Made by a program: the position numbers and the translations under genes. Below, in pieces: positions 37,393 through 64,000 of a DNA stretch of 64,000 nt (its first letter is position 1; every line of letters begins with the position of its first letter). Location of the stretch: contig OZ037765.1 of the NCBI GenBank assembly GCA_964035545.1, positions 7,326,698 to 7,390,697 on the forward strand. Direction: 5' to 3'. The notes below the pieces were generated by a model. It did not search any database and had not been told where the DNA came from. It worked only from the letters and a program-made list of their open reading frames with translations. This stretch comes from Bugula neritina. Taxonomy: Eukaryota > Animalia > Bryozoa.

Positions 37393-38064
37393 GTTGCAAT
37401 GATCTCTTTTCACATTTTCGACTTATACTTGCAGTTAATGTAAATTGAGCTCCTAACCAATCCACAGTTGAAAATTATTATCTGTTTAGTAGTCGTATAT
37501 TTGAGTGTATCTTTTCGTAATTTGTTCGAATCTTTACGATGAGGATTACATTACACCACGTGCAGGCTTTTAGTCAAAAGTAATGAACTTGCAGACTGCT
37601 AGAAATTCTTTGCGCAACTTGTTATTGCCAAGAGCAGGCGTTAGTGTTGGCCAGTATATTACTTGGCAAGGTTTGTGGAAGTGGGGGGAAAGTTGTAAAC
37701 ATAAGTTGTAAATTGATATTCTAAAGCATTTTATTTGAGACAATATCTAGCAAAGGTTATTTTATCAACATTTCCAAGATCATTACTGTTATCTTCCACA
37801 TTGGCATTAATTTTAAACACAAAACAATTTTGATCAACTTGGTTAAGTAAAGATTCTGTCCAGTGCAATCAAATTCAAGCGTGAATTTGCCTATCAGTAT
37901 CTATCTCCATCTATATATTTCAAGTGTTTTACCATTACCATTGCGGCATAGCCTACAGTATAGTGTATACAAAAAATTATCCTGCTCAAACGAAGGTCTC
38001 ATATCAAGGTTTTTAGCTTTATTGCAAAGTTATCATAAAGAAAGTATCAGAGTTTCAACAAGCT
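37393..38064. promoter_or_regulatory. Bidirectional promoter, PUM3 / hexokinase, with E-box
   Basis: Divergent ATGs at 37392 and 38065 with 672 bp between them; CpG-retaining core; CACGTG at 37557-37562. Confidence 0.65.
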
Positions 38065-41000
38065 ATGGTTTCTCTACTGGATATAGAAAATATGGTAAGT
38101 CACAAATTACAAATAAATTATTTATTGTAATTATTAACTTCAAGATTCACTGTGTAGCTGTTGAGGTTTCAAGTTTTTTTTGTTTTATTTTCAAATATAG
38201 AACTTTGCTCTATATCATTTTTAAGAGCCATGAGCAAATGGTTATAAGTAAATTTAATTTTGCAGAGCAGTAGACAGTAGTATGTACTTAACTTTATGCA
38301 ACTTGTAGTTGTTTATTATTGAATTTAATTCATAGCAAAAATTTTTATGGTAAGCACATGCTATATAATATTGATAGTTTCTAATGTATCCATCTTGAAT
38401 TTTTAAATAAAGTTTATTTTCAAGTTAACCTGCTTTGATACTGTCAGTGTTTTAAAGTTTGTGATAATTGTTAACCAAGTAATCTCAGTATTTCAAATTG
38501 CACTGTTCTGCCTTCAATGCCTACACCCTAGTATAAGTGAAATTGGGTATGCTTAATTTTGCTCTTTGACAACTATTAAAAATTATTCAATTATAAGTAT
38601 TACAAAATGTAGATTATTAAGACATTATTCTTGCCCTATTTTATTTTGTCTTGTCTAATTTTTAGGTTGAAAAGAGGCTTCGTCCCTTGCAGCCCAGTTT
38701 GTCCTGCTACGAACAGGTGGCTGCTCTGATGGATGAAACAATGAATGATGGTTTAACAGAGAAATCTGATCTCTCTGCTGATATCAAGATGTACATCACA
38801 TATGTTCGATCTTTACCTGATGGCTCAGGTTGGTTGTTATTTTTATTTAGCTCATTTAGGAGCAGTAGTGGCGAAATTGAGATAGCCTAAGTTCTTTAAT
38901 TTCTTTTATTAAATTTTTGGTTTGGAGCGCAAGTTGAGATTCTTGCGAGAACATAATTTCTTTTGCTACATTTCTAATCTAGAACACAGGCTTTTCTCAA
39001 TTTCTCCATTACTGCACCTGCCTCTTTATTTCAGTCATTCACGTTATTTTTAACTTGCAGGTGCTCATCAACACCATATACCTATTTAATAATAAATATC
39101 ACATTTTATATTATTTTTATTATTAGAAGTTGGAAAGTTTCTGGCCCTAGACCTTGGTGGAACCAATTTCCGTGTGCTGCTGATTAATTTGGAAAATGGT
39201 CGAATGTCTCTGACGAGTAAAGTTTATTCCATCTCTGAGGCCGTTATGCTTGGTCCTGGAAATGAGGTTTGTTTGATTGTTTCATGAACCAGTTTTGTCA
39301 AACTGTCATAGACTTGATAATAAAATGCTACATTTAAATTGTTTTAGTGTGAGCCAATAAGTTGTCAATGCAAAATACTTGATATACTTAATATGCAGTC
39401 AGTGTATTGATATACTTACAGTTATTCTACTGCTTACTATTCACTACACTACTGCTTCATAGACATCATAATATAGCCATAGTCACGTGTAAAAAAAGCT
39501 GTCGCTGGTATTCCAATGACTTTTTTGCCCTTTGAAGTAATAATATTATCCTTAGCCTTTATAAAATGTTGCTAAATGTTTGATATCAAACCAACCTTCT
39601 TCATATAAAACATGTGTCTCATATTATTAGACAGGTGTGTTATTTTAGAACTATACGCAGGTATCAACTCTTGGATAGATACCAAATATGGCTAGTTTAT
39701 TGGACTTTGGATTTGTTAACCTTAAGGTGTTTTTAAATAATATTAGTTATGAAGCTTGCAGACTACATCCGCTTGATTTGGCTCTTTCTTTACCATCTCT
39801 TGTGTTCTGTTTAGTTGTTTGACCACATTGCCTCGTGTATTCGAGAATTTCTGGAGAATGAGGGGATTGAAAATGAGCAATTGCCACTTGGATTTACATT
39901 TTCTTTTCCATGCAGCCAAGAAGGTCTAAACAAGTCTCGGCTTGTGAATTGGACCAAGGGCTTCAAGTGCTCTGGGGTCGAAGGGGAAGACATTGTTGTC
40001 TTGCTTCATCAAGCTATTGCTAGGCAGGTCAGTAACTAACGGCTTTCTACAGAGCTGAGCTACGTTCTATCTTACAGTTACTTAGCTTGTTATTAATTGC
40101 TTTAGATGAGTGCACATTGCACAAGATGTTCTTATGCTGGTAGTATGGCGTGATGCTGTGATTGGTCTATTAAGCCACACCTCAAAAAGTAATACTGAAC
40201 TATTGTTGAACTATTGTTATATGCATGCACCAGCGTGTTTGACACATTGGTTTCCTCACGAAACAGACTCTTATAAAACACTAGTTTGGTTTTAAAAATA
40301 GTTGAAATACCTTAGTTGAAGCCTGAGGTTGGAGATGGGTGTGCCTCGTGACTTATAACCCCTGTGTTGTAAGCTTCCAGTCTAAAAATCTCAAATACTG
40401 ATCAAAATTTTAACTGTTGAACCCAAAAATCTCAAACGCCAATAAAATTATGCAATTTTGAGCTCCAACTGGCAATTTTTTTAAATTATTGTTTACAAGT
40501 ATTATATCATACTAATTGCAGCTGAAACACTGTTAAAAACGTTGTTTACATTCAAAGTCATGCATTTTTTACAGAAGCTGATGGTGAGGTGTGTTGCTGT
40601 GATAAATGACACAGTAGGAGCATTGCTGGCTGGTGCCCACCTTGACGAAGATTGCCAAATTGGGATTATCCTTGGTAATTTGGAAAATTAATAATTTTGC
40701 CTCATAACGTAATAAGCAATATATAGCTGTTATATAAGCCTCTGAGTCACTACTTGGTATATGGAGAGAATTTTTGGACTTGGGCTACATATAACTTATT
40801 TTACCAGCGGCTAATACTTCATAAACTATATTTATTCTATTGTTTCAGTTTTTACAGAATGTTGAATGATTTTAGGTACAGGCACAAATGCATGTTACAT
40901 GGAAAACACATCTAAAATTGAGAAGTGGAGGGGTGACAAAGATAGACAAGTAAGTGCAAGCGCCCTATAATGCTGTGCTGGGAAACTAAGCCCTGCATCC

Positions 41001-44000
41001 ATATTCTAAACTAAAGTAGCACCAGCTATAATAATTATACTACACGCCCATCAAGAGTTGTTATTGAAAACATCTGGAACTGCAGCTAAGATAACAGTAA
41101 CTAAATGCAAATTTATTCTTCTCCTGGATGTAATAATAATAGACAATTTTATGGCGAAACGTGATGGCATGCGTGCAGTGCGTGCTCTCACAACAGGATC
41201 ACTGACATGTGAGCGGCATTCACGTTTATCCACATCAGTCAGTTGTTATGGAGAACAATTGCTTATAATAAATCAAACACTGGTTTATATAGGGACAGGA
41301 GTGGATTGTTGAGGGTTTATAGTTCTTAATCTTCATACAAGTTACTTTCTTTTCTGCTTTTTTCATTTTACCTTTACAAGGTCAAATTAATTAGTTAATT
41401 AGCCAGGCTGTAGTAAGGTTGGTCTGTGCTGAAATTGCTTGTATATTTGCAGGTTGTCATCAACACTGAGTGGGGGGCCTTTGGAAATAATGGATGCCTA
41501 GATTTTATTGTCACAGACTACGACAGAGGAGTGGACCTCATCTCAAAAAATCCCAAAGAGCAAATGTAGGTGTAACCTTGGACTTCACTAGAAGTAGCAC
41601 AATATAGTGGTATAGGCTGTGATGCACATCTACACTGTTCATAAACATTTTAAAACTTTTTAAAAGTCCAATATGAATTAAATTAGAATATTGCAAGTCT
41701 GGGGAGATGAAATTGAGGTAGGTGCAGTAATGGAGAAATTGAGAAAAGCCTATGTGTCCTAGATTAAAAATGTAGCATAAGAAGTTATGTTGTCGCGAAA
41801 ATTTCAACCTGCGCCCCAAACCAAAATTTTATAATAACATTAAAGAACTTAGGCTATCTCAATTTCTTCACTACTGCTGTATATCTAGATATAACATCTG
41901 AGAACATCTGGTGTCTCAGCCAACTAACTCAGGTTTAAACCAGAGGTCACTACTGCCTTCATCTCAGTTACTAGACCTGTGGTTGCTAGGAACTTCATAT
42001 ATTTGCATAACACAACATTCCTCCAGCTGGATGTTTTTCTACTCCCATTCTTACACATTCAGACCAGTCACTGATTTCTTGGTTGAGATTCATGTTGCCA
42101 GCATTTTCTCAGCTACGCGTATATCTGATAACAATAATTATTATAATATATGCTAACCACAACTGTTATTTAGTGTATCAGTTTTGTTTGCTAGCAATCT
42201 TCTGTCGACCAATTAGATGATCTGATTCAATGACACACCCATGCAAGCCTTTCTCAATACTAACCGTAAACCCAGTAACACAAAGTAACACAACTAGATA
42301 TTTTTAGCTGGTTATTACAGCAAGTAGAATAATGCTGTTTACACAGAATAATAATCAAACAAAGAGACTTTGAGGTTTTGTCATTCAATTCTGGATGAGA
42401 TCAACTGTTTCTAGTTCTAGTATTTCTGGCACATAGTCATTATTTTTATCTTTTGATGGTTTATAATTTATATCATGAGGTTATGGCTGTGAATAACAGC
42501 CATTGACAGGTCATAAGCTGGAACACTCATAATTTAGTCAGCTGAGCTCTTCAATCTGTCATGGTGACAGCCTGTCATGATCATTCAGCGTGAATTCAAT
42601 GGTTTGTCCTCTTCTTTCAGCTATGAGAAGATGATATCTGGCATGTACTTGGGCGAAGTAGCCAGACAAGTGTTAGTGCGGCTGGCTAAAGATGGCTGCT
42701 TATTTAAAGGCCACATTTCCGACCAATTAAACACTCCCATGATGTTCTACACCAAATACTTATCTGAAATTGAAAGGTACGATATTTATCATATTGCTCG
42801 GCAAAAATAATATTGAACCAACTACATTTCCTTGTGTGTAATTGTACTGTATTGAATTTCTGTGCAAGATCAACATTTAGGAGCAGTAGTGGAAAAATTG
42901 AGATAACCTATGTTCTTCAATTTTATTATAAAGTTTTGGTTTGGTACATGGGTTGGCTTTGACAACAGTTTGAACTCTGTTTTCATTTGCAGCGAAGACG
43001 AGTCTGAGATTAAGAATATCAAAATGATACTGGAGGAGCTGGATATATACAACTACACCCTCCAGGACTGCATGATAATAAAGAGAGTGTGCAAAGTTGT
43101 CTCCACACGGGCAGCATATTTATCGGCAGCAGGTAACTCTATAGTCATCAGTTTTTATCAACCCAACCAGTCTTATCAGTATGTGAATATTTAGATTTAG
43201 ATTTCGACTATGTAAATTTTAGATTTGACAGTTGATGTTGACAGGAGTTGAAAAATTATCTTTTTATTTTGCTAAAAGTATGTATATTATAGTGACTTCT
43301 CCCTAGAACTGGTTATGCATGGACAACTCATGTCAAGCTATAAAATTATGTTATAGTTTCATAACCACTAACATTGCACAGCATAATAGTATTTCATAAT
43401 ATCACAAGATCCATAATTCTGATTTTAGAGAAAATATGAAACATATATATTGCATAAGTTTTGCCTGGTTTCCTTGTCAATGTCATATTCCTTTATAATT
43501 GAGTTCAAAGAAAATATTAGGTCGAAATTGCTTTTAATTGAAAACAATATGCTTTCAGCCAATATATGTAGTATTCTTCATTTACCAATTTAGATAAGTA
43601 AATGAAGAATATTATGTTATAATGCTCATTATAGCAGAATAATTAGGATAATGGGTAATGGGAAACTTCTACCATTAGTAATGGTAACATATGGCACAAA
43701 ACACTATTCTACTTGGTTCAATGCTCAATTATTTCAACACATGTAATATTAAAATCAACGTTTAAACTCAAGTCAATATCATTTCATACATAGCATTTCT
43801 CTTCTATATATACCATACTATACTCATCTTGCCTATTATTGCTTAGTTTTTCCTATAAACAAATATGTGGTGTATAAAACCACTATAGTTTTTAATAACT
43901 AAAATATTATATAACAATAATTTCTCTCATGTATAAAGTTCATAACCTGATATACTTTTGTTAATTATTTAAAGCATATATGAGTAAAAGGCTATTAAAT

Positions 44001-45501
44001 AACATTTTTACACCTGAGCTAAACAGCTAGTCTAGTGAAGTGTAATGACTGAAAATAATGATGCTCTAATAGTTTGAAACCATGATAATGTAAATAAATA
44101 AAAACCTTGAGCTAGCTGTAAACAATAAGAGTGATGCAATAATAAAAGTGTTATATAACTGATGATATAAGAATTAAATGATAGAAAAAGTTGCAAAATA
44201 ATAGTATTAATGACTTTAATAAATCTATAACCACTAATGGGAATAATAATAGTAGTGATAATGGAGTGTTGACAATAATAATGATCATGATTATTGGCTG
44301 ATGAGTCATGAATAATAATGACACCTATTTTTAGCAATTATTTTGAGTTTAGATCATTTCTAGTTCTTACATTTACTATTTGTATAGTTCTCACATATGT
44401 AAACTTGTAGGCCATACTGCAGAGTGCTTGGATTTAAAGCATGTATGCGTTAGACAATTTTACATCTTGCAAATATTTGCTAGATTTATGATTATCTGCA
44501 AACTGAAAATCTGTATTTGTAATCCCACACAGCCGTAACTCTAATTCACAAAGAAATTCTCTTTAATCTTTAGGAGTTGTCTCTCTGCTGAAGCGAGTCA
44601 ACAGGAGTTTTGTGACCGTAGCGGTGGACGGATCCTTGTACAGATACCATCCTACATTTCACGACAACATGACTGAGATGACCAAGAAACTGTTACCTGA
44701 CAGTAAGGTGGGTTTTTAAGGAGCAACTATCTTCGTAGTTGTCAAGTTTCAGGACTGCGAAAAATTGCCTGTAGACAAGCGTTTACTACTCTGTATCATA
44801 TATCTAAACAACTATCTGAAGTTTAAATATCTGAAAGTTTGAAACAAAGTGGTGATGACATTTTTTAGTTTTCACTTTTGTAAACAAAACTAAATGTGCA
44901 GCTAAAGCCTGCATACATGTGTAGCAATATACATATATACACTACACCGCAAAGTTGTTCAATAGCACACCTGCTCACTAACTAGTGATTAGAATGGATT
45001 TCACAATTCAAGGTTTTTGATTCATTTTGCACTTCCTTAGTTGAAGAAGAAATATGAGGCTATTTTTATCTCAGCCGCCAGGTGGGGGGGGGGGGTGCTA
45101 TGTAGCAGTCCTAGCTGGTCTCCTTAATTAAGCCTTTCAATTTCTATCCTTATAATATGATCTAAAACTGTTGCACAATAATGTTAATAGACACTATATC
45201 TATATTTGCACACTTATACAGGTGCACAACATCCTTGATGTATATCTGATTATAAACTAGCATTATTTTGCAAATTGAGTAGATAACTCTTGATTTTTGT
45301 CCATGATTCAATTAATTTCTAGCAAAAAAATTAAAAAATTTCAACTTTCTTTCATTAAATAAAGATAATAGACATATTCATTATAAAATACATAATACAC
45401 TTTGTTTTTCGAATTCAACCAAAATGCATAAAGTACAAAATGTACATGGTTAATTAACTGCATTCTGTTAGTAAAATATAAGAACGTAATATATATATAT
45501 A

Positions 45502-45560
<59 letters not shown>

Positions 45561-45848
45561 CAAGACAATTGGTGAAGTTAGCATACTTACACATAATATA
45601 GAGAGCATGAATTATAATCATTATTATACCCTGTTTTTGTGAGCTAATTATTAATGCAGGTATTGCGAGTTTTATGTTACATTCACATTTACTATCTGAC
45701 TTTATTATAATGAGATACTCAACTTGTAATATATATAAGTTACTTTATGTTTCAGTTTCAATTAAAGCTGTCAAATGATGGTAGTGGAGTTGGCGCAGGT
45801 TTAGTGGCTGCAATCTCAACCAGGCAAATTGCAGTCAGTCGAGGGTAG
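38065..45848 (+). CDS. HK: Hexokinase, single ~50-kDa domain, ~451 aa, 11 exons
   Basis: Exons 38065-38094, 38666-38828, 39127-39266, 39815-40027, 40575-40674, 40876-40949, 41453-41565, 42621-42776, 42993-43132, 44574-44707, 45756-45848 (1356 nt). Motifs [72 protein letters not shown]. Confidence 0.96.
38853..39031 (+). mobile_element. Short inverted-repeat (MITE-like) element, copy 1, hexokinase intron 2
   Basis: ~30-bp internal inverted repeat AGGAGCAGTAGTGGCGAAATTGAGATAGCCT / AGGCTTTTCTCAATTTCTCCATTACTGCACCT; homologous along its length to copy 2. Confidence 0.75.
41709..41880 (-). mobile_element. Same MITE-like element, copy 2, opposite orientation, hexokinase intron 7
   Basis: Reverse complement aligns to 38853-39031, e.g. 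TTAAAGAACTTAGGCTATCTCAATTT and CCAAACCAAAA. Confidence 0.75.
42874..42950 (+). mobile_element. Same MITE-like element, partial copy 3, hexokinase intron 8
   Basis: CATTTAGGAGCAGTAGTGGAAAAATTGAGATAACCTATGTTCTTCAATTT...TTTTGGTTTGG matches the left half of copy 1. Confidence 0.7.
45489..45557. repeat. (TA)n microsatellite
   Basis: Long AT dinucleotide run with one interruption. Confidence 0.95.
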
Positions 45849-47477
45849 CACACACACCGTCCCCTACCTTACTTTAATCATTTCGTCTTTTTTAAAATTA
45901 AACTTTACTATGCAACATTGAGAAAATGCCTAAGAGCTTTAGCATCTAACTTTGATTAATATCTACTTGCATTAGTCACGTGTTGGTGTTTTAACTTTAC
46001 ATTTTACATGGTTCCATCTGGTTGTGTTTATTTTGAAGTTGTCTTACTCCAATAGATATGCTACTTTACTTTTGTAGCACTACAACAAGGGCATTACTAA
46101 AACTAACGATTTTAACCTATTAATTTTTTATCTCATTTATACATCTTCTTTTTTTTAATTTACCATCGCTAACCTTTTACCATATTTACATATACTTATG
46201 CATTCTGTGGGAGAAACATTTATTTAGCTTTCTCTTACAATATATTAATACATTTTCGATTTGTTAAAATAGTGGCTATCTTTTTAATTTGCTTCTAAGA
46301 GTATAATTCTACCTCTTTTAGCTCTGTTTTATTATCACAACTGGCTGGTTTCTGGGTCTGTCAGTTCATGCTGAAACTTTATGCTTTCGCTAAGCTGATG
46401 TATTTACTAAAATGTTATACTATCTGAAAGTGAGTGCATTTGCTAAAACATGTTATAATGTTTTGACTTTTCTGCCTAACCGTATGTTGTTTGTGTTCTT
46501 AAACAATTTTTTCTCAAAACTTTTTATGCTGAACATATAATTTCCAGATCAAATACTGAAATAAAAATTGCAAAACCAGCTTCTAATCTTGCATAGTTCT
46601 TAACTTATCTTCCTTGTTGAAAATTCTATCTTATATTTCACATCCAGAGGCCAATGAGATTTAAATGAAAACAACAATGTTTTCCCATTACAGTCATAGC
46701 CCATATAATATGCATTATGCAACAAATTACTCAGCCAACCAATAGCGTGCTGCTGTTTTATTGAATGCATTTGAACTCCTTTGAATTAAGTACACAATCA
46801 AAATATTCTACTAAGTAAGCAAGGTAATAATACAACTTCCTTGTAGCTTCACTTATATCATGCTATAGCAATAATTAGCCACTGTTCAGTTTGTGTGTGG
46901 CACACTAGTATTCAAGACAGCAAAATAGAGGTGAGTAAAGTCAGCTTATGGTCGCCATATTGTAATCCATAGTTTGAAACAGCTTTCTAAACTTTGACCT
47001 TACAGTATAAGGTCAGCTGCTGCTATCAACTGTGCTAAATTCCTAAGTCAAATAGCGATTAGGCGAGTCATATTTCACAATTAGAAAGTGAGCTTCCGCA
47101 TCAATATGATTTTCAGTAAAACTACAAACTGGTATTTGGAAAAGTGAAATTAGCTGAGACTCATTACTTTTTTCAGCAGTGGTATAAATCAACTAAAGTA
47201 ATTTGATTGAGAGGTGTAAATTTTAAGCAAATTTTTGTCGTGGGTTGATGAATGCCAATTTTGAGACTAGGATTTAGTTGTATGTGCTGAGCTGTAGGAT
47301 TTGACATGTCAAACAGTTGATGTTAACACTAACAGTGAGAGACATCAATATATATATTATTAGAGTTATTTATACAGGCATGTAGCCACCCAAAAGCATT
47401 ATAGATCTGTACATATATATAAATATATGTTCGCTCTATTTTTGTACCTTATTTTTTGTAAAGCTACTGGCCGCTGG

Positions 47478-47479
<2 letters not shown>

Positions 47480-47543
<64 letters not shown>

Positions 47544-47562
47544 TATATATATATATATATAT
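47480..47562. repeat. (TA)n microsatellite
   Basis: Long AT dinucleotide run with two TTT interruptions. Confidence 0.95.
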
Positions 47563-48103
47563 ACTAATTGTTAGTATATACTATATAGGTATGTGTTTTG
47601 GGGAGTTGCGCTGTTCCAGTAATGATGGTTGCAAAAACTACACTGTAAACTAACCAGTTGAAATCAAAATATCATGTACAAGAAGAAAATTTCCTTGTTA
47701 AAAGATATATAAATGTTATACAGATTTTTGAAACTTGCCATTATAAAAGCTACATGTATAGCAGCAATGGCAATTAGAGAAAATATATGCAAAACTCCAA
47801 CAAACAATGTGGGGTATTCATTGTCATAATATACACTCCATAACAAATCTATTGAAAAAAAGACAATTTTACATTATTTGTGCATAAATAAAACTACTAG
47901 GGATGCTATAGTTTGGTAACAAGTTGCTTCCCCTTATTCACTGTCAATTGAAGGGATGTCAAGAGGATTGATTTAGTTTTTGTATGTGTTGTCAGAAAGC
48001 TGCCTTCAGATTAGAATAAGCTCCGCAAATCAGCTGACAGTATTTAAAAAGCAACAGCCCACATCTATTTCCTCATACTATAGTACTAGTCAGAGCAGTT
48101 AAA

Positions 48104-56174
<8,071 letters not shown>

Positions 56175-57999
56175 TTATTAAAAAAATTAGCTGTACGCAG
56201 CGCTTCTACAATTTGTTTGACAATTGATTTTGTTCCAGTATAAGTTCATTTTAAAAGTTCATGTATCATAGTAAGTTGTGATTAATCTAAAACTGTTGTT
56301 TAAAAAATTGGCTTCAATTGAAAGCTTTTATTGTGTCTAACTTTGTATTGTATTATAAACAATTAGAGAATATATTGCAGTCCTATATGTTAGCCATGTA
56401 TTATTAATTTCTTTGTTGGCATTTTATTTAGTATAAAATAAAAACTAAACTTGCTTGGATGATATTTTGCTCACTCCACAAACTAATTCTGATTTTACTT
56501 TTATGGTATACAAAACGACTATTACTGCCTTGCTACATGTTTGTTGCTATATTTATGTTTGTGAAACTATCAATTTTAATTGTAATCTCATACATCTTTT
56601 CCACTTACTTTTGAACAAACCAATAAAACTGGTAATAGTAGTACATTGTTATAAGCAGTTGATATTATATTTGTTATTTTAATAAACCGACTTTTTTCAA
56701 ATTGATTGACAGTTTAACATTATGCAAATCACAGCTAGATCATTTATTCGTAACATATTGTATACTAGAAGCTCCAAAATAAATATATTATTTTATTTTG
56801 TCATTCAAACTGCAATTAAACGAAGTTGCGCTAGCTCTGCTTAAAAAAGAAAAACACAGTTATGGCAGGCTAAATAGACTTTTTTAAAAGCTAGATGAGA
56901 AATATTCAATAAAACACTAATTTAGGAAAGAGGTTCTAAAATGCATTAGTTATGTTGTTGAAATATTTTGTAATTTATTCAACAATATGTTCAAGTCAAA
57001 ACGATTTGTTTATCAAGTAAAACCACAACCAATCTTACCCAATTGTATTTTTAATAACCAATACAACTATTCTTTAGAAATTGGATATTTATAGAAAATA
57101 TGTTTGTCACAAAATTAGACCTATATTGCATGTAGGCTTTCAATATAAAAACAAAATTCTAAGTGATTGACTGCATGTATACAATACTCTGCCTTAATAC
57201 CTTACAGACAATACACACATTACTAATCACTATGGCAGTGTTATACACTCCATAATATACCTGGTAGCCATATATCCTGTCTTAATCAATTATACTGGAG
57301 TTGCTAGGCATGAAGCCATTAAATATTTACTACATCTATTCTAAAAGTGTTTAAAAAGTTTATGAGGCTGAGATAAATGGAGGCTTAGTTTTCAACGTTC
57401 TTAGTTTCCCTTTGAGGAAGAGGTGCACAGATGATAAAGTTATGTTAGATTTTCTTAAACTGTTATGACATAAGCAGCATATAGGTTTGTTTATGAGAAA
57501 TCGGCTCTATACTAAGAAATAGGAACATGATGTAATTTATTTACATTATTTTGTTGGTGACTTTGGTTAAATTATGTTTTGCAAGTTTACATGAAATGTC
57601 AGTAAATTTGGCTGATTGTTGCTTGCTACAAAAAAGGCTAATTTTTAGGTTGATTGGCGAGAAGACTAGATTCGTTTTATGGGTGAACTGCTACAAAAAG
57701 GATACAACTTAATTACCAATGAACACGTACTTTTAGCTGTAGTGTGGGGCATTACCTCACTTTTACACTTCAATGACGCCTGTCATGTTGATAAGGTTTT
57801 CACGGCACTCCTATAACCGTATAGAAAGTAGTATTACTTGTCCAGGAAGTAACAACAGTTTTGTTTTATAAATAACTTAGTGGAAGAGTAATTGCTTCAT
57901 TAATTCAAAGCACTGCTTAGAAGATCCCTGCTTGCTGGTAACTAGTGCCAAGTTAGTTATAAGACCAGGAACTGATTATAGCAGGTCACTTGTACCAGA

Positions 58000-63330
<5,331 letters not shown>

Positions 63331-63509
63331 CTCAATAGAACACAATCGGCCTAAAAACTCTTAGACTATTGATTTTTATGATTTTTCTTGTGATTTTCTG
63401 ACTACTCATTATAGGTTAGAGTGTTTTAAAGTTACTAACTTATACTAATATTGTTTAGTTGTGACTGAGATGGAGGAAACAAACTTTTTATTTATATGTT
63501 CTATAGTAG

Positions 63510-63568
63510 ATTATATAATATATATTATATAATGGATTATATAATATATATTATATAATGGATTATAT
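63510..63568. repeat. AT-rich 26-bp tandem duplication
   Basis: ATTATATAATATATATTATATAATGG repeated about 2.3 times. Confidence 0.75.
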
Positions 63569-63731
63569 ACATAAATGTCACTTATAACATTTGCATTGTG
63601 TCATTTTTCCTGTACTAGAAAATGTTCTATGTATGTTTTACCTCACTTCCTGTTTGAGTGTCTAGACTTATATTAAATAATAAAGTTGTCATCAGATACT
63701 TTGATGTCAACTTTGGCCTCAACCTCACTTA

Positions 63732-63946
63732 AACTCACGCAAGTTTATATAAGTCGCTATCCCTGTGAGAAACCCCTGATGGAAAGGGTTTTTGTTAGAA
63801 CGGGCTAAGGACTTGTTTAAATGAGGCACAGGAGCAATTATGACTGGATGCTCTTCCAAACATCACCAATGGCCTTTGTCAATTCGAACCAATGACTTCG
63901 TGTTCACAAAGCAAACGCTTTAACCCCTAGACCACGGCTGCTCCCT
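63732..63946 (-). mobile_element. tRNA-derived SINE, full length
   Basis: A box TGGTCTAGGGG, B box GGTTCGAATT; 13-bp TSD TCAACCTCACTTA at 63719-63731 and 63947-63959; colinear with 4332-4546. Confidence 0.92.
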
Positions 63947-64000
63947 TCAACCTCACTTACTCCTTTTCTATATAATGTGCATGTGACTTCGCTACTAGCA

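Noticed and set aside
41150-41245. CpG-rich intronic patch as a possible snoRNA or other ncRNA
   Set aside because: No convincing C/D or H/ACA boxes or terminal stem.
44030-44340. Periodic tract and 101-aa ORF in hexokinase intron 9
   Set aside because: Looks like decayed (AAT)n period-3 microsatellite rather than the A[C/G]T period-6 pattern, and the ORF is a low-complexity artefact. It remains a partial counter-example to test against the promoter-tract finding.

Overview
AT-rich, intron-dense genomic DNA from an invertebrate animal (species cannot be determined from the window). I rebuilt seven complete spliced genes by hand and each exon chain stays in frame: drebrin-like/Abp1 (DBNL, minus), a ~1217-aa divergent Ski/Sno/Dac-family protein (plus), methylthioribulose-1-phosphate dehydratase (APIP/MtnB, plus), Pumilio homolog 3/Puf-A (PUM3, minus), a single-domain hexokinase (plus), and two tandem PAK/Ste20 kinases (plus; one with a degenerate CRIB, one with none). 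The probable first exon of an eighth gene runs off the left edge. There are two short head-to-head promoters (DBNL/Ski-like and PUM3/hexokinase). Mobile and repeat content includes two TSD-flanked tRNA-derived SINEs, a foldback MITE, a small inverted-repeat family in hexokinase introns, minisatellites and (TA)n. The most unusual signal is a set of 0.2-1 kb degenerate, strand-symmetric period-6 tracts (A[C/G]T every 6 nt, with a drifting unit) next to the 5' ends of all six non-PAK genes. A SINE fossil inside one tract is stretched by the same motif, which suggests an active promoter-proximal process. All alignments and domain calls were made by eye; no searches were run.
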